A stretch of DNA of 64,000 nt from assembly GCF_009834535.1 (NCBI RefSeq), contig NC_045697.1:113524001-113588000 (forward strand), read 5' to 3'. Both the position numbers and the translations under genes were made by a program. Shown piece by piece: positions 37,013-50,249 of this stretch. Source of the stretch: Camelus ferus (taxonomy: Eukaryota). The stretch's first letter is position 1, and the number at the start of each line of letters is the position of its first letter. The notes under the pieces are model-generated. The model saw only the letters and a list, made by a program, of their open reading frames with translations, was not told the DNA's origin and searched no databases.

Positions 37013-40000
37013 ATTTTCTTACATACAACACATTGCTTATTCCCTAAGGAAACCTCGTAATTCTATTCCCACACCAATCCTAGAATGATATTCAACTACT
37101 TTATCCAGCCCCATGTTGCAGACCTCTTGGTGCTAACTGTCCTATTCATCCAGCTCAGATGAGGCTTTTTACAGTATAAAAATTGTAAAACAAACAAACA
37201 AACAAACAAAAAAACCCAAAACAAAAACCCAAAAAACATATTAAATAAATCAGAAATTACAGATGAATGTAGAAATTGATTAATAATTTGTTTGGAGCTA
37301 TAATCAGATACCACCTGGCAAAAATTGCACAGATCCCTTGACTTCTCAGGAGAGTAAATTCCTTGTTTAAACTAGGGAAAAGAACATGGTCTGCCTCTGT
37401 CTTTCTCTCATAGAATTTTTCTAAAAACAGTGAAAAGAGGTAAAGACAGCAAAAAAGAGTCCGAAAACACCAATAATACAACTTTTAACCATTTTCCCAC
37501 TTACTGTACTTTTAGTTAGCATGTTGTCTTCCTTGCTGTACACTGTAGGTGATATCTGGATTCATATTTCTACCTCTAAAAAACAGGGCATCAGCTTTCC
37601 ATCCCTTAATATCTGAGTTCTTAAAATCCATCTTACTGTGACCTGGACATGAAGAATCCATAGCACAACTTCTGGCTCCAGAACAAAATTGCTCCTTCTG
37701 TCACCTGCACCACAATGATTCACGGCCGACACCTGCTTCTTGACGTAAACAACACAAGTATCAGGCACTGGCGCCCCTGCATCAGCTGCCACAGGGCAAA
37801 ATGTGTCCATTCCCGTACTTGTCACCTTGAATGGGAGTCCCAACTTCAAAGGGTTTACTCTTGCCTTCCAAAATCTCACGTGGGCACATGTGCTCATTGA
37901 ATATTATGTCAACATATCAAATCATAATTCTTTGCTCATTTGGTTAATGGAATATTTGGTTCTTCAGATTTTAGCATGGAGTAGAGATTGTTACAGGATG
38001 TTAAAACTGAGTGTCTTAATTTTAATATCTGCCAAAAAAATCCCAAGGGGTGAAGTCATGCTATAAAGATTATTAATGTGTCTACCAACAGCAACAGCTA
38101 TAATGTAGGTTATAGGGGCAGGAGGGCAGAGGAGGTCAGATGACAAGGACAAAACTTTGCTTTGAGAGAGAAATGGAAGAGTGGGAGGACAGTGAATTAG
38201 AATAATTTATCTAATTAGCCCAAATTATCCACTGCAGAAGTCATCCTTTCTCTTCTTTTCCATTCTTGTCTTCTCTCGTTGCTTTTCTTTCTCTTTTAAT
38301 ACTTAACACTCTTTTATTCTTTTTTTTTGCCTTATTTTTTTCTCTTTTCTTTGTTCTTACTGGTACTTCTTTTCCTTAAGTAATAACTCATGGATTATCC
38401 CCTCTATGTTTCCTACTCAAATTTGAAAAGATCTGTGATAAAGTTTCCAATTGACTCATTTAGCAAATCACATGCAAAACAGAATAGATCATTTTTGGAT
38501 AGTTACCGAATCATACTAAACCAGCTCTGGGCTTTGGTCTTATGATTCCTAACCCATTTTTCGTTTGTTTGTTTTTGATGTTTCACATTACACCGCGCTG
38601 TTTAAGTAATAGTTACCCATTGACACTTGAAGCAGTCCTGGCTTACTGGCTCTTACCTTGAAGGTTTCTAGTGTCCATTTCCTATCTTTTCTTGCTTTCC
38701 TTCTCTCCTTACTTCCTTTTCTTTTTCCTTTTTTCCTTTTGGAGAAGTTACGAATACTAGAAAGGGGAAGCACTTCTGAGAGAGTCACTCACTTGCTGAG
38801 AGTCTTAAGAAAATCATCATAATCTTTAGTACATGTTCTCTGATGCTAAGTCCTCATGGCTTATTCTGAACAATCAAATATATGTCAAGCATTTCTTAGC
38901 TCCTAGAGGACTTAAAAGATTTAAACTTCATGAAACAAAGATTAATTACATACTTTAATTTTAATAAGCATTCTTTAAAAGAGACTGCCTAGAACTGATT
39001 ATTCATTTTAATTTAAAACAGATTTTTGACCTTTTGCCCTAATGATATCATCTTCTCAGGTAATATCTTAGAGGTATGTCATTTGGGAACCTAAAGTGAG
39101 CCCTAAAAACAAAATGCCTCATTTTATTAATGTGTTTTCCTTTCAAATTCTTTTATTACTTTTTATTCTCTAACACAAAAGACTGAACAATGACATGAAA
39201 TAATGTATTGCTCCCTGGGGAATTACTCATTATGTGTTAGACATTTATCAAGTGCTATTAAGCATTTGGAAATGCAAAAAGCATAGCTAGTTAGTGACAG
39301 AAGCTTTCATGTAATTAGTAGAATGAATACAATGATTTAAAAAAAAATATCTGTCTCAGTGAAGACAAAGAGGAAAGTCTTTAGGAAAATATAAAAGACT
39401 GAAAGAAGCATGGCTACCTGATTTATTCTCCCAACCATCATGTTTTGAACAGTGTAGTGGTTAAAATAAATTGCAATGGGGTTGTATTGGAAAACTGATA
39501 CAGCGAAGTGTCATCTTCTGGACACTGACAGGCTTACCTAGTACAGACAGCCAGCACTGGGAAAAAATACTGGTGTTTGAAGTGAATATTCTTTATCTAC
39601 ACGTATTGAACTATTACAATCCCAATAAGTTTGTGTTAGGCCAGAATGAAAAAATAAGATGATAAAAGTGATGGAGATACTGGTTGATAGAGAAAGAAAT
39701 GAACCAGGGGAGGATGCTGTTATTTTGAGTATGTTCTTAACAAACGATTGGATAGTCTACTTTTTTAAGGTTGGTTTTTGAGACATCCCATGTCAGCCCT
39801 CCTTTTGCTGTTGTGACATTTCACAACAATGTGCTTTGCTTTGGTTTATTGATGGATATATTTTCCTGCAGGTGCTTAGGAATTGCACGGGGTTATTCTA
39901 TTTTCTTTGCATCTCTTCTTTATAAATAAATCAAAGAAATGAATAATTATACCATTTCAGAGAGCTTGAAACAATGCTGCTTTTATTTAATATAAACACA

Positions 40001-40019
40001 TTCTAGGCAGAAAACGCTC

Positions 40020-40200
40020 CCGGTTAGAATAGAGATAAAATGTTATTAGGTTTAAATCCTGCTTTATTTTTTACTAGCTATGTAACATTTTCCAAATTAC
40101 CTATCGTTGAAACTGTGATTTAGTTTAAGTGGAGATCATTTTATCTATATTCAAAGCTGTTCTGATGGTTAAAGGTAATAGCACAAGAGAAAGGGCCCAG
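40020..40200 (+). mobile_element. MIR SINE
   Basis: ggtttaaatcctgc...ttactagctatgtaac. Confidence 0.55.
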
Positions 40201-40572
40201 GAAAACAAATGGAGCACAACATGTTTGCAAAGAAGATAGCTCTGCCTTCACTCCTTTTACGTGGCTTTTGGTTTTTCATTTTTCATAATCCTGTAGGCAG
40301 TATTCCAGAGTTACATAACAACAACAACAACAAAAATGTTTTAAAAAAGAGAAGAGTTTGGGAGACACAAACTGGAGAAATAAAGACTTTCTCAATGAAA
40401 TGAATCTATTAATTATGAAGTATTATTGCAAAAGAAAAACATCTATATTATTGATGATTGATCAATAATAACTTTTATGAGTCTAGTTTATGTTTAGTGG
40501 TAACATTTCCTAAAGGTTGAGACATCTACCTTCAGAAAGCCCTCCTCTCCCCACTTTTCCTCAGCTGAATGC

Positions 40573-41483
40573 TGGGTTAGTCCAGACTCTGAGAAGAAGA
40601 TACCAAGATGCTATTCAACCCACAAAGGTTACACGAAGTGAAATGTCCATACAAGATAAACTAGAGTGGGAGCAGAGTAAGGCTAGAAGAGCCATCAGAC
40701 TGAGATGCAAAACTGACCCAGGAGAAGGGGAGAGGAAGAGAAAGTTGGATCAAAGTGCTGCAGCCTGCCTTTGGAAGAATTCTGAACCAAAAAATTGGGA
40801 TGAGTCTACCTTAGTGTTTCAAACACAGTTGTTTGCTGGCTAGTGTGAATGAAAAATACTGCCAGCCATATTAGTAAACAAAACGTGCTGAAGCCATCAA
40901 GTCATCAGCCACTGCCACCACCCCTAACAGTGAGTGGAGGGAACTCAGGATGCAGACAAGCAGACAGCTTGGCCTCTGTAGCCACCTCCAGTGGTGCCCC
41001 CTGAGGGGACTCAGGATGGGAAAGAATAGGACACTGGCCCTAGACATCTAGGTGCACATCAAAGGAACAATTTTCAGTGAGTCTGGACATTTGCGCCTTC
41101 CCATACTAGAAAAGTGTTAAATTCTTTAACTTGAGACGTCTGGTTTTCTTTAATTAACAGTAGTCATTTGATGTTCCAACTACCTGATCCTTTGTTGTAA
41201 AACTCCTATATATCTTGGCTTCTCCAATACCTCTTCAGAGAAGTCCCTCGGAGCGATCTGGGAGGCTGTCATCCTGGGCTGAGTCCTCAAAAATATCCGC
41301 CAACTAAAAGAATAACATTCCACTTGTAGGTTATGCATTTGATTTCAGTTGACACTAGACACAGACTGTTGAGTGCATGGCTTCAGGGCAAACACATGAT
41401 GGATTTCAGAGTACAGCAGCTGGGATCTCTAACCTCTTGTCCCCTGTGGTTGAAGATCTACAAGGTGTGTTCTCATGGCCACA
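40573..41483 (-). mobile_element. LTR16-like ERVL LTR split by a younger LTR
   Basis: ttagtccagactctgagaag...agagccatcagactgagatgca; resumes gcatggcttcag...cagcagctggg...catggccaca. Confidence 0.7.
40844..41354 (+). mobile_element. Solo LTR, family B copy 2
   Basis: TG...CA termini; perfect CTAG/CTAG 4-bp TSD; ctcctatata TATA-like box. Confidence 0.92.
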
Positions 41484-41751
41484 AATATTATTCCTCTATG
41501 AAATTACTCACTTATGTTTCCACTTAGGTTTCTGTCTCTTCTTTTGAATTCTGCACTCTTAAGACCAGGGTCAAGTCCTGTTCATCTTTGTGTCTATCAA
41601 ACATAGCCCACACTAGGCCAAATGTTTTAAAAGTGAATCATTTTGTATCTGTAACCACCAAGACATTATCCCATCCTCTGTTCTTTGTTGTGTCCGGAGG
41701 GGCGTTAGTATGAGTGTGAGCATTAGTGTGAATGAAGCACACAACAGGGCA

Positions 41752-41985
41752 AGGTCATGTAGTGGTTGAAAGCAAAATCTCTGAAGTTAGGTTAGGTTCC
41801 TCTTGCTTCTGATCAGTGACCTTAGAAAAGTCTTTTAAACCTAATGTTCATTTCGCATCTTCAAAGCTGAGTTAGTGGTGGTTCCTTAATTAAATGGCTG
41901 TCTGTGGGAACTAAGTTAATTAATCATACATCAACAAAAAAATACATTTATATTCATTATCTAGTTCAATATCTTAATGAATCAA
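41752..41985 (+). mobile_element. MIR SINE
   Basis: gtagtggttgaaagc...gtgaccttagaaaagtc. Confidence 0.6.
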
Positions 41986-43253
41986 AGCATGGAAGAAGAA
42001 AAATAAATGCAATAGCTGTAATGAAGAATATGCTTTGGAAAAGCAGAGAAATCATTAAGAAAATCATAGTGGCTGAATTGATGCAGATACTACATCAGTT
42101 TTTCCATGCAAATAGTTTCAGTTGGAGATGTTTTAAATATCATGAACTTATCACACACACGAATCACTGGGTAGTCTAAATATTTTTAAGATAATTGTGA
42201 GTTTTTATTTTAACTTCGCAAAGAGAAGTCAATGGAATACTCTATAACCCTCAAATATTGTTCTTCTTGTGAAATGACATTTGGAAAATTCAGGGGTTTT
42301 CTTCATAAATTATTACTGTGGTTCCAGTGCCCGAGTTGCTTTCAATCCAAGCTACAAATTGGGGGAAGTAGATTTTTATTTTTTTGGAACCATAGATGTT
42401 TTTACTTTATTACAAAGTATCCTGTATATAGTACTATTATGCTAGGATAGAGTGACCCACACAACAGCCAACTTCATGAATGTCCATGTCCAATATCCAA
42501 ATGCAATATTCAAATTCAATTTAGTCTGCTTTAACTACACTTACGCATTGAACATTTTCTCTGAAAAAGGAAGAACAAATCCGTGAATGGAAATTCTAGG
42601 TCAAAAGGTGTAATAATAGTGCTTTCACCTGTAAAAAAAACAAAACAAAACAAAACAAAAAACCTATAATAGTGTTTCATATTTCAAAGTAAAATGAACA
42701 AGAAACTAAGTATTCAATAGGATTTATTTTCAGCCAAGAAAGAGATAGATCAGAGATACTAGGATTGAAATAGCAACCCAAATACTAGTAAAAAAAAAAA
42801 TAGGAGAAAGTTTCAGATACAGCAAATATACATAAGCTGAAGATCAAAAAGAAACATTTAGGAACAAAGGAATATGTACAAGAAGCTGAGGTTGATTTCA
42901 GAACAAAAATCAATGAGGAGAAAAGAAAACAGGCAATGCTTTGAAGACACAAATTTAAGTTGAAATTGAGACAAAATTGGAGAGCCTCTTTTGAATTCCA
43001 TATTGACTGGCTTTTCTCCACATATTTTGATCAAAGCAATTTATCTTAGTTTAAACAGAAATCTTGAGTTTATTACAAATCATACAGGAAGCTCTATAGA
43101 TGTTGATGATTTACATTCTTAGTTAAAATGCAAAAGTCTAAAATGATTCTGGTATTTCATTGCGGGTAACTGTGCTGAAGGTCAAGGAAACACTACCATT
43201 AAATCATGAGTCACAAGGAAAGGAACAGAAGCAAAATGTCAGGACTGAGACAA

Positions 43254-43771
43254 TGTTGGTATCAGTAAACAAAGGATATTACAGCCATCAAGACATCACA
43301 CTGCAACCACCCCCGAAGGTGAGCCTTGAGGGAACTCAGGACGGAAACAGGATGCCTGTGATCAAGCCATCAGCCACTGCAGCCACCCACGAAGGTGCAC
43401 CTAGAGAGGAACCAGGATGGGAAGCACAGAATACTGGACCTAAATAGTTAAGGTGCCCATCAAAGGAATGATTTCAATGAACCTAGACTTTTACATCGTC
43501 TTCATACATAAAAAAAGTGCTAAGTTCCTTAACTTGAGATGTCTGGTTTTCTTTAATTAACAGTAATCTTTTGATGTTCCAACTATCTTTTGATGTTCTG
43601 ACTTTGTTGCAAAAACTCCTATATATTCTGGCTCCTCCTTTATCTCTTGGGAGCAGTCCCTTAGAGCTGTCTGAAAGGCTGTCTCCCAGGCTTGAAGTCC
43701 TCAGAAAGTCTGCCAAGTAAAACATAATTCTCAACTTTTATGTTGTGCATTTATTTTTTTTTCAGTTGACA
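43254..43771 (+). mobile_element. Solo LTR, family B copy 3
   Basis: tgttggtatcagtaaacaaagga...ttttcagttgaca; flanks share caa (TSD register ambiguous by 1 nt). Confidence 0.88.
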
Positions 43772-43829
43772 CAATTTAAAGCTCAGAACAAATAATAGCC
43801 TCAATAATACGTAAAAAGTTCTCTTTAAG

Positions 43830-46800
43830 AGGATATATTTTATTTTTCTTCAGTTTTGATAGATAATACATTTGTAAGTTACTAAATTCTAAAGAAATTG
43901 AAGAGTAAGCAGTTTGGAAAAGAGTCTCCCTCAGGACACTTTTAGCCCAATTCCTGAGTTCCGCTCTTCAAAGGCAATTAGTATCAGTTTGTAGTATCAT
44001 ATACTACACATATGCAGAGATGCGTAGATCTGTGTCTTTCTCTCCTTTGAAAGCATTTTGGATCAGAAGGGTCAAGGTATCGGTTCAAGGAGACGCCTCA
44101 GTCTTCAATGTAACCATATTTATTTTCTCATCATTCAACCTCAACTCTTATCTCATTACGATGTAGGTCTTATCAGTGAAAGTGATGATGGAAAGTTGGA
44201 GACTTTCATCAACCAAGGGTGGGTAGCGAAAGATACAGTGTCCTGCCATGTTGTGCATTACAAATATTTAATTCTGTTTCAATCTATATTTATTGCTCCC
44301 ACACCTCCTGCTGGTCTATAGCAGTTAGACTATGACCCAGTTTCCTATTATCTTAGAAAATGTCTTTATTTCTCTGCTGTGTTGGAGCTTCTTTTATAAG
44401 TGCCATGTGCACCCATTCCTTTGGTTATGTCCAGATTGGAGACATTCTTTTCTTTACAAGTTAAAAAAAAATTAGTTTCAAGGTTTTCTGTAAGGAATTT
44501 GACAGTTATGATTCCTTGACTTTTTTCTTCTTAATCTCTCTTTTTAAGTTATAAGAGCATCTCTTTGCCCAGAGTTCTGAAATTTCACAATGATACAAAG
44601 TGGTCTGTGCACCATTTTCTCCATTGTTGTGTTGGGTACTTAACAGGAAATTTCAATCTGGAAACTCATAGTATTCAGTTTTGGAATTTTTAATTATCTT
44701 ATTGATGACACTGTTCACTTATTTTTACTCCTCTTCCCGGGACTATTTTTTTTTAAGGTTAGGTATCTCAAAGGTCCTCTAATTTTCTTGTCATTTTTGT
44801 CCTTAATTTTCAGGTCTGTATCATGGATCTATTTTGTGGGAGCTACTTCCCATTTTTAAATTAATTATTGATTTATTATTTCAGTTTCTGTTCACAGCTT
44901 TTTTTTTTTAACTTCTAGGAACTCTTTCTTTGTTATTTGAGTTTTTATGTCTGTTTGATTTTTCTCCCCTTGATTAAGTGTCTTCTCTAATTGCCTTGAG
45001 GACATTAATGCTATTATTAAAGATTTTATTTTCCCTAACAAAAAAAAAATCAGTTTCCTCCAAGTTGTTTTTGCATTTTTGTTTGCTTTATTGTTTTTGT
45101 TTGTTTGTTTTTTATTTTCTTTTGTTTCTATCTTCCATGTTAGAGAGTTTCCATCCATGCTTGTTTTTTCTTGATCGGATTGACTGCTCAGGTAGTAATT
45201 AAAATGCAGTAGGAAGTTCTGTGCATTGGGTGGGTGCTTGCTGCCTTTGAATTATACTGTAGGCTTTGAAATTTACTGGGATGTTAGCATCTTTATTTAT
45301 TTTTTCAGGCTATCCCCTCTGTCCTGCACTTAAAGAGTAAATGTTGATCTGCTAGTGTTCCTAAGTCTAGTTTCAGAAGGAGCTTGAAGTTTTAGCAATT
45401 TGTTTATACATACGATCACCTATTCTTCTGTTTCTGGTATGGTAACCAGGTCCTCATCTGTACCTGAGGCTTCCCTCAGTCAACCAATGCTTGGTTTTCC
45501 ATTCAGCAAAGATACATCTTCAGATTCTTCTGAAGAGAAGGAAGAGATCTAGAATGTATTGAATAGCTTTAATCCAGTCCTTATTTTGATCACCTTCTCC
45601 TCAAATTCAGCTCCAGAGGCATGAAGTGCTGCCAGTGTCTGAGCTTTCTAAGGATACTGTGAAAATACCAGAGTGTTTACCAGTGATTCCCACTGCCGGC
45701 CTCATACTTAGCTTCTCTGGGTCTTCTCAGTTAGGTATAATTCAATGCCTCCATCACGTTTGCATCTTCCAGAATGAAAATTATTTATATTTTTCTTATT
45801 CTCCTGGGTTTATCTCCTTTAAAAAGAAGTGAAAAATAAATGTGGATATAATCTGTTCAATCTACCATTTAAAGCTGATCTTTTTACTTTTTTTACCAAT
45901 TATAATGTTGATTTCAATAAATTTTTTCTTGTTAAAAGTAAACTAATCATAAAAGACTTAAAATTATGATTCATCCATATAATAAATACTATTAGCTATT
46001 AAAATTATGTTTCTGAAATTTTAATAATATGAGTAAATATATTCTTTTAATCCTGGAATTTTCATTGTTTTTTAATCCTTTTTTTATTTCACCTTTTTAA
46101 ATTTTACTTTTTATTGAAATACAGTCAATTACAATGTGTCAATTTCCAGTGTACAGCACAATGTCCCAGTCATGCACATTCATAGATATATTCATTTTCA
46201 CATTTTTTTCATTTAAAGGTTATTACAAGATATTGAAGCTAGTTCCCTGTGCTATGCAGAAGAAATTTGAAAATCTATTTTTATATAATTCATATGTCTC
46301 TGATGAGATGTTTTATCTTTTTCTTTATGTATCTGAGAATAGATATAAAAACTGCTTTAAATTTCTCATCTGATAATCTCAGCATGTGTGTTACTTGGGG
46401 GGTCATTGTCACTGATTGCATTTTCTCTTGGAAATCACTCACACTTTGTTTTTATGTTGGCTAATTTTGGATTGCATACTAGGCATTGTGATAATGTGCT
46501 GTATCTTCAGTGGAATCTGTTCTACTATTCTAAAGACTCAAATTGAAAATTCTGCCTTCCTTTTAGTGGGTGGCGGCTAGAAATTCAGGTCCCTTTGTTT
46601 AAGTTTAGCTCTTTGGAGCATATCTTATACACTCATCATTAAGGAGTCAGTCCGAGAATTGTCTGCAGTTTTTACATAGGGTTTGGCCCTCTGCCTATCT
46701 TGCTGTTTCAAGGATTTTTCACCTCAATTTGTCATCAATTCATAGATGCTTCAAACTCTGTCCTCAGATCCGCAAGCCAATAAGCTTGCAGGTTTTCCAT

Positions 46801-46960
46801 TAGAGTTTTAGCCTCCCTACGTGAGACAGACTGTGGCATGCCACAAGTTAAAAGCAGTGAAAGAGAGAAAAAATCACCAGCATTATTCCTTTCTTCCAAG
46901 TCTGAACTTCTCACCAGTATGTGCCTCCTTTTGATTGCTCTCCAATGCCTTATTCTACCA
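43830..46960 (-). mobile_element. Old antisense L1 fragments
   Basis: gttctgaaatttcacaatgat...ttcaatctggaaactcat; gattgcattttctcttggaa. Confidence 0.65.
46085..46290 (-). mobile_element. Young L1 3' end
   Basis: ttttattgaaatacagtcaattacaatgtgtcaattt...ttattacaagatattgaa..agttccctgtgctat. Confidence 0.85.
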
Positions 46961-47279
46961 TATATTAACGCTGAGGATTGCTTATCTCCAGTGTTCCACT
47001 TTTCCTATCTAGAAAGACGATTATAAGTGTTTCTCCTCTCTATTCTTATTATTATTTCCTATTTATGAGAAACTTATATCTTATACTTTATAGGACATTA
47101 ATTTTCCAAAATGCATGAATACACAAAATTTGAAATTTGAAGATACTTTTCTATGCCATTTGAATACTGATAGAAATGGTGTGGTAGGAAGAAGGAAGCA
47201 GAAGGCTGAGAAGAAAAGGTATATAATCTCTTAGGAGCAGAGAGGAAGTACTATATTGAGATTTTTGTCTTAGAGAAAA

Positions 47280-48110
47280 GACACTTTCCCTGTAGCCAGA
47301 GATGGGACATAGAGGAGAATAGGTACTGTTTGAGATGATTGTTAAACTCAAAAATCTACATTGTGTAAGACAAGAGGAAATGAAGAAAACTGCTGAGAAG
47401 AAAAGCACAGGAATCAGTGGATTGAAAAGTCACAGAAGGATAATTCTATATAAAAATGGAAATGCTACAAAGGTAAATCATCAGGAAAGGGTGTTGGTGG
47501 GGCTTGTGATTTCTGAATTAGTGATTTTGTCACTAGGACAATTTCTGGCAACTCTTAGGACATGTTACAGAGAGGAAAAGGTTGAGGGGAGGCGGAAAGG
47601 AAAGGTCAATGGAACTTAGGCCGAAGTAAGGAAAAAGCCAGGATGTTGGAACTGTTTTAATAGAATCTAGGATGGGGAAAAGAAAAAAAAAATTCTAGGA
47701 TGAAAACAATGCTATGGCATTGGATGCTAAAAGCCAGGTATGTGTATCTTTGGAAATGTCATTAACAGGAAGTTTATTTTTTTTTCCACCAGTTAAGGGA
47801 GAGAGTAATCGGAGTTTCAAAGGATCAGACTTTATTTTTAAATATAAAAATAAGGGGAAAATCATCTGAACAGGAAGACATTGATTCCAAACCCTGGTTT
47901 TAAGGTACACATGACATGAGAGAAAAAGCAGCTTCAGCTTTAAAAGGGGGCAGAAAGAGTAGTCATTTTAGACCCTAGTTAAGGCCGAGATACAGACTAT
48001 ATATCTATTGAAGAGTTTTAAAGTTTTAGAGGTGAAGCAGAAATATTAGAGAACACATTGGAAAGAGATTGTTGGGAGAGGTGAGGAGTAAGGGGCTGTG
48101 TCGGAAGAAA
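47280..48110 (-). mobile_element. Degraded LINE-2 (probable)
   Basis: Purine-rich text resembling antisense L2. Confidence 0.4.
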
Positions 48111-48489
48111 AAGCTAACATCTACAGACCACGGCAGACCACTGGTACATTGTGGTCCTTACCGTGTCTCAGAAAAGAGTGATGCTTGTTTCTTTGTTGAC
48201 TATATTCAGATAAAATCATTTAATTTTCCTCATGAGAAACCTCAGTAAATGTATCCAATTAAATAAATACTACAAATAAATAAATACTACAAATCAACTC
48301 CTCTAAAGCTGCATTTATCATTTCAGATAGAGATCCATAAAATTTTAAATAGTTTTTTAATAAATACACTTTTATCATCAAATTGACTCTTTCTGCACTC
48401 ATAAAATACTCTGCAGTTGATCTGGGGTTGGGGGGGAATGCAGAAAGAACTCCTTTTTGCTTGTATTTCAAATAATAGTAATCGCATCT

Positions 48490-48690
48490 CATGAATTGTG
48501 CTTCATGACTTGATCAATTATTTAACTGAAAACTCTTCATAATTACTGGAATTAGGTGCTCTCAAAATCCCGTATTTTAAGGCTTTAGGAGGTTAAAGAA
48601 CTTGCCCAACTTCACACACCCAGTAAATGACAGAGCTGGGGTTTGAATCTCGGGAGTCTGACCCCTCCCTCAACACATGCATGCCACTCA
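48490..48690 (-). mobile_element. MIR SINE
   Basis: gaggttaaagaacttgcccaa...agtaaatgacagagctggggtttgaatctc. Confidence 0.8.
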
Positions 48691-48859
48691 CGAGGAACTT
48701 GATTTTAAATTTGTTTCTGACACTAAAACCAAAGGAGAAAAATGGTTCACTGAACTTAACACCTGTGTTGGGAGAAAATCAATTTGGAATCAGTTATCTT
48801 GATCTATAAGTTGTGACTGAGCATGGCAGGCAGCAGACACGACTGGTTTAACACATGGC

Positions 48860-49012
48860 TCCTTAATTAAGCTTCTTTATCACCTAATTTATGTCTGATG
48901 TTGGATTACTGTTTTAAACCTTTCTTGGAAGGGTTACATTACTTAACATATGTAAATCACTTAGGACGGTACCTGGTGCATAATAATTAGTGATGCGTCA
49001 GCAATTATTGCT
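48860..49012 (+). mobile_element. MIR 3' fragment
   Basis: tatgtaaatcacttaggacggtacctggtgcataata. Confidence 0.55.
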
Positions 49013-49734
49013 AAATACTGCTTAGAATATTAATTTTAAGGGTTTGGAAACAGACACAAAGCTTTTCATGTCTCATAAACAAACAAATATATCCAAAAAG
49101 ATTCTTTCTCTCAAGTTGTAAAAGACCTAACTTTTTTTTTTTTACTTAAGATCGGCACAGTCTGAAACCTATAAAGATGAAACCTGTAAAAATGCAGCTC
49201 CTCTTTCAGAAAAGCAGGTAAAACCTTGGCAGTCTGGAGTACATGCAATTGGAAGCACTTCAAGCTGGTAAAACAGTGTCATCTAGTGAGAGCTTTAGGT
49301 GAGAAAATACCCTGAACTAAATTAACATGCCTGAACAGATCTATTCACAGGATTCACATTCTTAGAATCAAAAAAAAAAAAAAAATCCATTATCACTCAA
49401 ATGATATGTAAGTGAGAGTGGATGCTTCAGATGAGTTCACCATAATGAAAAAGACAGAGATTCAGCAAGTCGAGAAACACTTGACTTAGTTCCATAAGTG
49501 GTATATTAGGTAATCCTCATCACAATTTTGTAATTTCTGTATTTAAAGGTTTATTCTTTTGTATTTTGGAAGTTTGAAAGTAGCTTGCTGTTGTTGTTGT
49601 TTTATTTGGTGTTTTGTGTTGTCTTGTCTTTGATTTCCCTCTAAGGTTACAAATAGCTCCTGAGACAGCTACACAATGAATCTTCTATTAAAGTCCACTT
49701 GGTCAAGTGTTGATTGACAGCTATTTGAAAGCAC

Positions 49735-50249
49735 CATTACTGGGAGAGTAGGTAGGTTCTTGTCTCATAGCAGAAATAATTCAGAGATAAGACACAGAGG
49801 TTAAGAAAGTAAAGTGGGGATTTATTAAGGGATAGACAGTACACTCTCAAGGGGAGAGCGAGCAGACTCAGGTGAGTGCTGTGCTGAGGCTTTTTGGCAA
49901 GCTGGTTACACAGGCTGTACAAATGAATGGGTGGAATATTCATTGGAGAGGAAGGGGCTTGGGGTTGTATTCCTTGATTTCCATCCCAGCTCAGACTTCC
50001 TGAGGGGAAGAGGGATTTAGCCCTTATTTAGTCTTGATCAGAAGTGTCATGGTGTCAGTGCATGATGGGTACTTTTAATCTGCAAGGCTAATTTTATTAT
50101 AATGAATGTATAACGAAGCTCAAGGTCTCCTGGAAGTCCGGATCTTCTGCCATCTTGGGTTTAGTTGGTTCTAACCAGTTTATGTCCTATCCTCAATGGC
50201 TGTGTCATTCTTTTAATGGTTGTGCCCTGCCCACTTCCCTCCTGTTTCA
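49735..50249 (-). mobile_element. ERV1-type solo LTR (family D)
   Basis: Ends cctgtttca; flanks gcac/gcac; minus-strand AATAAA (tttatt ~49821); U3 shared with 58884-59538. Confidence 0.88.

Noticed and set aside
39860..39880. Acceptor-like ttttcctgcag|gtgctt as another recursive site
   Set aside because: Short pyrimidine tract, no consensus branch point, and a poor donor (GTGCTT).
40844..43771. Two same-family direct LTRs as the ends of one provirus
   Set aside because: The first LTR has its own perfect TSD (CTAG); the 1.9-kb interval contains the rest of the LTR16-like host and a MIR, with no primer-binding site or gag/pol.
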